A stretch of DNA of 64,000 nucleotides. It comes from Octopus vulgaris. Its lineage: Eukaryota. How positions within the stretch are numbered: position 1 is the stretch's first letter; each line of letters starts with the position of its first letter. The DNA lies in assembly GCA_951406725.2 (NCBI GenBank), contig OX597815.1, forward strand, positions 123,566,001-123,630,000, written 5' to 3'. The notes under the pieces are model-generated. The model was not told the origin of the DNA, searched no databases, and saw only the letters and a list, made by a program, of their open reading frames with translations. This document shows positions 26,401 through 38,400 of the stretch, piece by piece. A program made the translations under genes and the position numbers.

Positions 26401-29400
26401 CAAACTATTTTGAAATATTCATAATTAAAGATCATTTCTAAAAATGAGCAGTAATCAAAAGATCTGGATAGTAAATATATCCAATCACACTAACATTGCA
26501 TTTCTTTCCCTGGAAAATAAGAACAGAAGATTCTCACAAAGAGTAGTCTTAATGCTCAATATCTTAATGGTATTTTTTTAAAGAACTGCTGTAAATATTT
26601 CATTCCAAATAAGACCAAAATAGCAATGATGAATAATAGCATTAATCTTACTATTCTAAAAGAATATACATTCATATAAAAGGTATATAAAAAATATTGT
26701 ATAAATAAATTAGCATATACTACAATTTTTTTTATTAAGATGCAGATACAAAGACAAATAACCTTTGGGATCAATACCTATAGATGAAAGACAGAACCGA
26801 ATAGCTTGCCTGGAAATTTGAAGATCTTATAAAAAATGGATTCTTCATTCTGGATCAAGCATACCCCGAAAAGCACCAGAAGGTTAAATATACAGCAAAT
26901 TTCTATTTTAAAAGATCTAGTTGTAAGTATCACCATAGTAGCTGAAATATTTGTTATGTTGAAGAAAAAAATTAATCTACTGTACTTTTGAAGTAAATTG
27001 TAATTCAAAATTGGAAAAGTTCCTACTGTGATATGAAGAAATAAATAGAATAGAAATAGAGGAAGAATGATGTATTTTGTTGGAAATTTTAAGAGAGCAA
27101 ACAGAAAAAACCCCAGCTGATACTAGATTTGAAAGATCTTGTATAGATCTATGAACTGCGTTATACCATATTTCTATATAGAGGTATGGTAACACTGTTT
27201 ACAAGACTATATTTAAATGAATAGCTGAAGACATTCTTAACATTGATAAAGCAATTCTATCATTACTTCTTTGGTGACATAATGTTCAACAGCACCATCT
27301 CAGAGTGATTCTCAATTAAGTCAGATAATACACCCAGGCTAGACACAAAAATGAAGGATCTTAGTGATCAGTGATACATACACATGATTTATGAATATGT
27401 TATGGATATATATATGTACATGATACACTTACAAATAGTAGACTAGAATAAAAGTAGGACAATTTATTGAACGAAAAAAGGTTATTCTCGACCAAAAAGT
27501 CCTTCTTTTGCCTTTAGCAAGAGTAGAACCCCTCAAATTCATAAGTCCATGCTAACTAGTCCAACTGTCCCACTCCATCCCAGCCTGGGCACATGGAAGG
27601 CCTGTGTTTCATTCTCTAAATACTAGAAAAGAAGGAGAATCTTATGGATCTTCAAATTGTACTTAGAGGAGGCAAGCTTTGTAGATGATCTGGCAATGCT
27701 ATCTACTGAATACAACCAAGAAAGTGGAAAACTACTCTGCAAAGCCAACTGAGTTTAATATCAACACCTCCAACATGGACGTTATGTATATTAACAGTAC
27801 CACAAAGAAGTACAAGAGGGTGGGAACTTTTATTAGTAAAAATAACATGCAAAAAGTATCAAAGCAAAATTGGGAAAAAATTGTGAGTAGCTACTGCAAA
27901 ACTCAGCTGCTTCTAGATATCTAACAAGCATACTTTAAAGATAAAGATGTAAATGTATAATAGTAATATTAAACCAGTAAGTATTACTGCATTGTTCTAA
28001 GTACTAGAATGATATTGAAGGGGTGATGGAAAATATCAACACCTTTCTTAACGGCTGCTGCATTTTTGGGCCAGATAATTCTTAATGAAGCCTTCTAAAA
28101 AAAAAAAAAAAACTGCAAGTATGATACCAGAGATCAAGTGTGAATATTTGAATTTGTTTGGCCATATTCTGAGAATGCATTGTGAATTACATGATGAAAG
28201 TAGAGTGGACTTCATTTCAATCACCCAAAGAGTATATAGAATAGGAGAATGACATTACTGTGGATGAGAGGTTGTGATGGTGGTTAAATAAAATATGAGA
28301 ACTATTAAGATCACTACTGAGTGCTTATGTATCTATCTAGATATTTATATTTACACACACACTATTCTATATGAATATGTAATGAAATATATTGAAATGT
28401 GAAGGATAATGTACTGGCTTCTCAATTGAAGAATCCTAAGTTTGTCCCACTATTAGTATTATATTATATCCTGGGAAAGGAAATGAATATATTCAAGTAG
28501 CTTAAATAAAATGAAAACAATCTAACAGCTACTCAGTAGACAGAATATTGAGGAGTTCATAAAACAGATGAAAAGCTCTCGCATAAGTTAAAAAGAAAAA
28601 TCAGTTTCACATTAGAAGGATACACTCTATACTGAAATGCTTTTTTGCTAAAGAGCCATCATACATACTTTGTTCAAATAAGGGTGTTTTAGAAGTAATT
28701 TCTATGAGTATAAAAATATAAATTCCCAAGGTAAACAATTAGTTTCAAACTAATTAAGATGACTAGTAGCATTTGTTTTCAGATACAAACAATGAGACAT
28801 TACAGAATATTATAAATAGACTGTTTGTTAAACACTTACTTGGGCTATAGTATGTAGTTCCTTCAACTGGTATCTGCTCTGGGTAGTTTACTTCTGGTAC
28901 ATTCCTTTGACGCTGTGTTGAATATCTCTTAGGACGAGAGACATTTTCTGTCTTGGAAGCATTACCACCTAGAAAAAATTATTGAATACTGATAAAAAAG
29001 CAACCCAATAAAGACAGTACTAATTTGAAACATAAACTGATACAGAGTAGAAGGGATATTTTAATTCTGATTAACATTCTCATTAGTCCCAGTTCATGCT
29101 GTGAAATGGTTTAGGAAAAGAGCATCCAGTCTTCAAACTCCTAACATACAACAAGCTGCATAATTATTTTCTTGAGTAAAGAATTCAACCACTGATTTAA
29201 ACTTGAATATTTCAGTATGAAATAAAATTATCTCATAACTACTGCTATCAATCATGGACATAAAAATTGTGGTGCAACTTGGTTCATGTTCATCACTAGC
29301 TCTGCTTCCAGCCTTTAACAGAGACATGATTCTATAACAAAAATATCATTAGAATACCCCACTGTGGAGAAGTGTATCATTGATAGGTGTGTTAGCTTTT

Positions 29401-32400
29401 GATATTAAACACAAATATTCTCATATACTTGGAGAAAACCATGGGAACCACTCTAGTGTCTTTACACTCAATTACTACACGAAAACTTCAGCGGAACCAT
29501 CCTAACTCACTGGGACTTCTAGTTTTACATCATGCTCTGCTAATTCATGAGATAGGCAACAATTCTGACTTAACATTAAGGTACATATTTCACCCAATGA
29601 TTGTTTTAGATCAAAATTTCACTAGTTTCAAAATTTTAATGACAGAACTGGGAATGCAGTTTGATTTAAAATCCTTAAAAAGCAAAAGAAACAATGAATA
29701 ATGATTTTATACAATTTCGTAAAGTTTACTCAATAAATTTCATAATCATACTGTGTTGAATCAAAAGTCTAGCAATATTTTGGTAACTTATTCATCAAGT
29801 TATAACAGAAACAACCCAGCATTTAAAGTAGAAGCCATCATGTTGCACTGTCTGAAGCTACCTTTCTGCCAGTTCTTTGATTCCACACTGATACCAGCAC
29901 TTGTCCTTCAAGGCAAGGAACTTTTACATTGAAGCTTCCATTTTCTCTTCTTTGATGAAGCATTGAAAGCACAGGAAGTGAGTCATGGATCAGAACAAGT
30001 AATAATCCAAGAGAAATATTTTCCTACAATCCTAATGTGTATAAGCAATGGTTTTAAGCAAGGGCTAACTTCTGGAACTTATAGCCAAACGTGGGTGTTT
30101 CAAATGCAACATGATTCTGTCTAATAGAATTATGAGGGTATAATTCACTATGAGTTTGTTTCAGATAGTCGAGCCATTGATTCCAACCTGTACTCTGAAC
30201 AAGTGGAAAGGATGTATGCAATTATGCAGCAAAAATACCCAGCATTGGTTAACAGAAAGTGAGCTCTTCTGCAGCAAGACAATGCAAGGCCTTATACCAC
30301 TCACACAACCTGGAATAAACTCCAGGAACTTGAGGGAATTGAACTAATGCTACAGCCAGCATTTAGCCTGGACCTGGCTCCCTCAGATTATTATTCTGAT
30401 CCATGGCTTACTTTCTGTGCTCATGATGCTTTATCAACCAAGAGGAGGTGGAAACTTCAGTGAAGGAGTTCACCTTGAAGAACAAGAAAGGAGTTCACCT
30501 TGAAGAACAAGAACTGGTATTGGTCTAGGATCAAAGAACTGGCAGAAAGGTGGCTTCAGATGGTTCAATATGATGGCCTCTATTTTGGATGCTAGGCTAC
30601 TTTTGTCATAACTTGATGAATAAAGCAAATAGGTTACCAAAATATTGCAAAACTTTTGACTTGCAATGTTTTCAATTAGCAAAATTAAATTTAATTGTTA
30701 GCAATCTCAGAAAATTTTATAATAAAATTATATATTTTGGCAAGTTTTAATAGAATTTGTCTGAGACAAAAATTTAAGATGGGCAAGATATTTTTTAAAA
30801 ACTTTTAAAAGCTAAAAATGATTATTGACATGTAAATCTTAAAGTTATATGTTAGTCTAGATTGACTGGCTTGTACAAATTGCTTATAATAATGAAAACA
30901 AATATAACATTCATGATGTTGTGCTGCCTGTCTTACATGTGTGTCATGTGATTCAACCTGATGATCATACTATTTAAGAAGATTAACAGACTGATGTGAA
31001 AGCTTGGGTTATGAAATACAATAAAGCTTCCAGAAGTAAAGAACCTCCAACAACTATGGCTTTACTTGAATACATATTTTACTGCAAGGTTTCATTACTG
31101 GTTTATAATGATGACAAGTAAAATTTAGCGCAATACACTATATGAAAACAAATCAACATTGTACAAATGCCATGTATTAATAGGAGAGACTAATCAAGCA
31201 TACAAAGCTCATATTCAAGAAATATCTTAAAATATGGGGCTCATCAAAGTATTTGTGAAAGAACTTGGTAAGAAATGCCAAGACGCTTACAATTGTCAAT
31301 GGGCTGATATCTACTGAGAAATGGTAAAGTGATGAACAGCAGAACTTAAGGTTGCACAAATGAATTGTATGTTTTAGTTAGGAAATAAAGTCAGAATTCA
31401 GTTGCAATCTTAAATTGAAACCCAGAAAATAAACTCAACTAATACTAGTAAGTTTTAACTTAAGAAAACAAGGATTTTACATAGAAAATAAACAGCAATA
31501 AATCTTCAGTAAGCAACTTGAATGAAAAATATTTGTTGCAAATGTCACTTTCATAAGTAGCTAGAATATGACCTACCAGATACTGATATCTCTGTCTATA
31601 CTGCTGACATTTCCAAATACTAATGACTCCATGAACAAGAATATGTTTGCAAGTGGCATACAATCATATCTTACAATGGAAAATGTAACTTTAAACATAA
31701 CATGAAAGAATAGCACAGATAATACATTTACAATAAACAAGATAAAATGACCAGTAGATAAAAACAGCAATTCACAGAAAGATATGGCCAGTTTAAGAAA
31801 CTTTAATTTTTGAATTCTAAAAATCTGTTAGCATGCTACAAAGCTCAAATGTGACCCCTACTTTAACAACAAAAATAGAATCTATATGCTATACTCCTAC
31901 TATGACTGCCCCTATCCACAATTCCTTGACTATTACCAGACACAACACTACACTTACCAAAGCATGATACGTATCACAAAACTTTGACATAATTGCTTTT
32001 ATCTACTGGTCATTTTATCTCATTTATTGCAAATGTATTAGCTGTAATTACTAGAATTTCAACTCAAACTATCCTTTTTCTTTACTATTTTTTCAGGTTA
32101 TGTTTAAAGTTATTCTAATGCTTCTAGAATCATTTTCTTCAGCAGATTTCTATGTCAGAAACTTTTGAAGAAAACCAAACAAACCAACACAAATTGGTAA
32201 TTTTGTAAATCTGCAAGGAAAGTGAATCATCGTTCTTTTTGCTTGATTTTCAGAAATTTTGTTACAATAAAAGTAATCTGATGGAAATGACTTCTACATC
32301 AATCAATGAGGTTGAAAGGTAATCTATTTTCAAACACAAGTTTGAAAACTAATTGATATCCAAATACAGAGAGCTTGAAACTTAAACAATACCCAGACAC

Positions 32401-35400
32401 TGAATTTGAAAGCTAATTTATGCCTAGACACCATGAGTTTGAAAACTAATCCATACCCAATCACAATGTATTTGAAAATAAGAGTATACCAAAAGTTAGA
32501 GCTACAAAATGGTGAGATATAACATTCATGTTAATGTAGCATTGCAAATTTTACATCCTTGTGTCTTATGACTCAACCCAATACTTGTGCGACCTTATAA
32601 TTTAACAAGGCTAGACCCTTGGTTATGCAGTTAAGTTTCTGGAAGAACGATAGATGACTGTGGCTTTACTTGAATGAGTATTGCACTGAGTTTTAATAAC
32701 TGGACTTAAACAAGCATCTTCTTAAATCACTGTGCATATACAATCGAGATGAAAATAAATTATGATATTTAACAAGAATCTAAAAAGGATATTAATAAAA
32801 CAAATAATTGTGCCAGTATTAATTCATATCATACATAGAATTCACACTTTTCTGTCAATTATTTGTTCTGCACATCAAAACAAAATAAATAAAAAAAGAA
32901 AAGAAAAAAGTAATAATTTACCCAGATCTGATTTGTTATCTGCAGGTATGGCTTCTAAATTGAAAGAATTCCGTTCAGGGTCTTCCATATTTTCAGGAAG
33001 TGGTGCTGCTGGCACACGTGTACGTGTAATTCCTTTTATACGCCTGTCCTTAGAGTAAGATTTTTTTTCCATGCTATTATTGGCAGTAACAACTGATCCA
33101 CTGAATTCAACATTATTCAACACAGCACCTTTTTGTTTTGGTATGGAATCATGAACTTCTTCATGGGAGAAGTTCCGATCAGGAGTCCTCTTTTTATTTT
33201 CGTAATTATTCCTATGACAGTAGTTGTTGCTCTCTGTATTCCTGTAAGCTCTGTTGTCAACAATGTTTCTATGTCCATTTTCATAGTTAGTTTTATAGAC
33301 TCTATTTTCATGGGTTTTAAAATTATTGTTGTTTTCAGGACTTTTTCTAAATCCATAAGTTGTTGAATTTTCAGAATCCAGTTTTGGATTATCACCGTTA
33401 TCATTTCTATAGCTAGGGTTACTAAACTGACGTTGTGGGCCAGCTCTAGCATTTGTACGGTAGCTATGGTTAGGTTTGGTTTCACCATTGTAGGATCTGT
33501 CACCATAGTCTCGTCTGTTGTCACTAAAATCACGTCGGTTATCAACAGTTTCACGGTGATTGTTTCCATAATTTCTCCTGCTATCACCGTAATCTCTTCT
33601 GTTATCGCAATAATCTCGCCGGTTATCACCATAATCTCGCCGGTTATCACCATAATCTCGCCTGTTATCACCATAATCTCGCCTATTATCACCATAATCT
33701 CGTCTATTGTCACCATAATCTCGTCTATTGTCACCATGGTCTCGCCTGTTATCACCATGGTCTCGCCTGCTATCACCATGGTCTCGCCTGTTATCACCAT
33801 GGTCTCGCCTATTGTCACCATGATTTCGCCTGTTATCGATGTGATCTCGCCTATTATCACCATAATCTCGCCTATTATCACTGCAATCGCGCCTATTATC
33901 ACTGTAATCGCGCCTATTATCACTGTAATCTCGCCTGTTATCACCATAATCACGTTTGATCTCCACAGGTTCCTTTTTAATCTCTACAGTTTCTTTCCTG
34001 TCATTACCAGATTCCTTTTTCAAATGGCACTCTTCCTCTTTAGGTTTCTCAATTATCTCTTGTTTGCTGTCTTCAGAGGGCTGCCATTTCTCAGTAACCT
34101 CCTGCTTGGTTTCAGTGTCTTCCAATTTTTTTTCTACAAAGTTCTGTTTAGGAATTTCTTCAGAATCTCCTCTATTGTCAATACAAGTTCTCCTCGTTTC
34201 AGGCTGGTCCCAATGGTTATCAGTTACCTCATGTCGAATTTCACGATATTCTCGTTTATTATCCACATACTCTCCTTGTCCATTATTTTCCAAATAATCT
34301 CTCCTATTTTCTTCATAATCTCCAAGTCGACCACGAGTTCCACCTCGCGATCCTCTTTTATTACGATAATTCTTTCTTTGAACATCAGGGCTGTTTCGTT
34401 GTCCAGACCACTTTGAATCTATGAAGTCATGCAGCTGTTGCCTTTGTTGAGATTTGCGTATCCTAGAATAAAACAATTTTCATAGTTAATAGCTTTAGTC
34501 AATATATTGTCAAATAAAAGGATGACTCAAAATAACAGTTAGCAAGCTAAAGTGATACTTTATAAAGACACACTAGCCAGGAATTCTAACAAAGTGATTT
34601 TTCTTAAGACATAACCACCATCCACACACTAACCATTACAGACAAATTACTTCAGTCCAGGAAACAGTCATAATAACTTACTACATTAAATGTCAATTAA
34701 ATCAAAAATATATAAAGTAGATTACTGTAAAAGATTCACAGATTACAATTGATGTCACATAAACTGCATGTAACAATTTTTTCCCCTCAAAAATCTATAA
34801 AGTTCTATATTAAAAGCTTTCAGATTACTTGTTCAAAGCAAACAATAGCAGTCTATCTTCAAGTAAAACCAATGAAACTATGCTTTCATTGGTTTTTCAG
34901 TTGCTGAGTCTGCAGTCACAACTTCTGACAGAAGTGTCATGGTTTTTTTGGTCATGGAGCAGAATTGAACACAGAATGTAGATTGGAACAGAGACTAAAA
35001 AAGCACCTTATCCAATACTCCAAACAAATCTGCCAATCCACTATGTCCAGGATAGAAATTTTTTTTATTGATCTGCCTTTCAATATCAATACAAATGGTA
35101 ATGTAAGTTATTCTAGTTGCTTCATGAACATACAATAGAGAAACAAACTAACAAAATTAGCTAATTTAAATAGAGTTTGTAAAAGCTGATATGAATTGAA
35201 GTAATTCACTGATTACAGTTACTCCATGTATAGTTTCTGCAATCAAAACTAAACCTACAGCATAAAAAACAACATGAATATTTATGTACCTGAGAAATGT
35301 TTCTTACATAAGCATGAAACATGAAATAGTAAGGGAAGAGAAAATGGAATAAGTTTTAAAATGAATGCATTTTTTCAAAAAGATTAATGAATAAAGTAAG

Positions 35401-38400
35401 CCTCTAATTAGAAGATCTACAAAAGTTAATGAAGGACAAAGATTCCTGATGTAGTGTAGCAGAACACATTTTGGTTGCAACCAATTAAAAAAGATGACAG
35501 TAAAATGGCAAAGATTTGAATATTAATCAAATCTGAGTTGTACTCTTGTTTACTGAGAAGAGATTGCCACCAAAGAATGGAATAGTATCGGCCAATAGAT
35601 ACTATTCCATTTATCTTTATCTTTCATCTTGCTTACTTGTTTCAGCCATTGGACTGTGGCTATGCTGGGACACTACCTTAACCCTTTAGTGTTCAGATTA
35701 TTCTATCAAACATAATGCTTATTGATTCCCATTGATTTGAATTAATCATGCATTATCTCATATCTTCAAGATCTTGATGGTGTAATTACTTAATGTAGAA
35801 TAACATTGTAGGGTAGGTGTGAGGGCCTGGATCTGGTCAGTTTGAACATAAAACAGATTAGCTATTTTGGCCGGATATGGCCGGTTTAAATACTAAAGGG
35901 TTTTAGTTGAACAGATTGATCCAAATACTTTTTTTTTTTAAAGTCTGTTACTTATTCTATCAAAACTCTTTTCCTGAGCTGCTAAGTTACAGAGATGTAA
36001 GCAAACTAACACTGCTGGGAGCTGGGGGGGGGGGGACAAACACAGATACTAAGACACATACACATATGTACACATGATGGGCTTCTACATAGTTACTGTC
36101 CACTAAGTTCATTCACAAAACATTGGTCAGCCTGGGGATAGAGAAGACACTTGCCCAAAGTGCCAGACAGTGGCACTGAACCCAAAACTACATGGTTGCA
36201 AAGCAAGTTTCTTAATGACACAGTCATACTTGTACATATAAAGAGCAAAATTTAATTTTTAATATGAAGTGCAAAACGAAGATGTTTTGTTTTTAGTTTA
36301 TGAGCCATTAAATTATGAAAGATGAGCTGATCTATTTTATCCTCATTAAAAAAAATCATGTAATTTTAAAAGTACTAACCTGAAAGGAAGAGAAAATATT
36401 CTAAACAAGTAAAGAAAATTTCTTCTTACTGGGGTTTGTTCATTCTTGGAGGTGCAGCAGGTGGCTGATCACTTGCAAGTATGTCATAACCATAAATAAC
36501 CATCAATTCTTCACGAGATTTTGGAGCCTGCTGATCTTCTCGGAAACGGTCATGTTGCCATTTCCCTTCATCTTTCCATAGTTTCTTCTTTGGTCTACAA
36601 AACAGAAAAAACAAAAAATTATACATACATACATTATATATAGTGTGAATTTACAAAAAAAAAAAAAAAAAAAAAAATGAAGATGGGTGTGTAAACAACA
36701 AACAGATGTATTGGTTTAGTGCCCAGGAAGTGAGAAAGTCTTTTACGTTTTGAGCCTATGCTCTTTGACAGAAAGGAATGCAGAAATAAGGAAGGAGAGA
36801 AAATAGAAATATACATTTATATCAATTTTACTTAGGCTTACCGAGACTAATAACCTGGTGTAGAACTCAAAATACATATGGTCCAGAACACAATATTATA
36901 TGAGTATAGAGTGGTAATAGAAAGAGATGATACCGGAAAAAACATGTTATGTAATGAACTTCATTAGCTTACAGCTACTTCTGCTATAAGATGAAGTGGT
37001 CTCTTAGTTGAGTACCAGGATAACATCCTATAGCTTCATCAGGGCCTTGAATATTAAGTGCACTTTATTTGGGAAAGTTACATTTTCAGAACATCCAGGC
37101 GTTATGAATGAGAAAGTTTATAACCATCAACATAAACTTTCTCACCCATAATGCCTGTATATTCTGAAAATGTAACTTTCCCAAATAAAGTGCACTTCAT
37201 ATTCAAGCCTCTGATGAAGCCATAGGATGTTGTCCTGGTACTCAACTAAGAGTCCACCACATCTTATAGCAGAAACAGCTGTCAGCTAATGAAGTTCATT
37301 ACATAACATTTTTTTCTTGTGCCATCTCTTTGTTTATATATATAAATATATACACATACATACATATATACACACACACACATACAAACACAAACAAATA
37401 GTGAAGACATAAAATAAGAACCCTCTCATATCTGCCACTGACTGCTCCCATCTTTGTTTGGCATTATAACCCATGTATCTCTGACTTTCATGTCACTCCT
37501 CCCACCATCATGTTTCTCATTTATCACCCCTTGATCCCTATTTCTCATTGCTCAATAGTTTTATACTGCTGCTCTCCACTCTTTTTGTACAGCTACTAAT
37601 CATCTCTCCTTCCATTTCTATTTCTTTCAGCTCCCCACTACCACTGACTTCATCTACAAGCTTGTTCATTATTCACCTCTATCCACCTCTTGGATCATCG
37701 GTCACTTTCCTCTCACCTTTTTGTGAATACACTGATCCACCCTTCCTGATTCTCTCTTCTACTCACCTTCATGTACCTTGAAGTTATAGCCTGACACCTT
37801 GTCACCAGCACCTATATCTCTCATCCCAGCTTACTCCTACCAACCCTTATGTAATGTAGAATAGCCAGCAAGACATGTTCCTGTCCCTCTATTATACTTT
37901 AGACTCTTAACACCTGGCATCAAGCCACCTCCCTCTCTGGTAACCTTACTAGTGCAGGTGCAATGAAAACCAGTACCAGTACACTTTATGAAGTGGTTGG
38001 CATTAAGAAGAGCATCCAGTTGTAGAAACACTACCAAAAACATAAGAGCTTGATGCAGTCCTCTGGCATATAGAATCATCCAATCTATGCCATGGAAGAC
38101 AGACACTAAATGATAAGCATCTATGGGACTCAAAGCTTTTATGAGACAACCTGCTACAAGCTACAGATCAGACAGGTGGATGGAGTAAGGTTCTAGCCAA
38201 ATGTAAGATGAGATGGTGATGGAACAGTGTAGCAAATAGAATCATAAAATTAAAGAGACATAAGTGGGTATCAAAGAACAATATGAAGCTGCTAAAACAG
38301 AAGGTAAACTTCAGGTATACGTAGTGTGGAGGAAAATGGTAAGAGATTTGCCATTATTCTGCAAAGAGACAATCAGGAGTGTGAGATATTCTGAATTAAA

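Noticed and set aside
32330-32495. ~33-bp periodic repeats resembling a CRISPR array
   Set aside because: No unique spacers, degenerate units, eukaryotic intron, no cas genes; it is a minisatellite
33433-34416. 327-aa antisense ORF (SPVITII)n and the 278-aa alternative-frame ORF 33117-33953
   Set aside because: Expected by-products of a stop-free 21-nt repeat; the RDYGDNR frame is the one spliced in phase with conserved CASC3 exons
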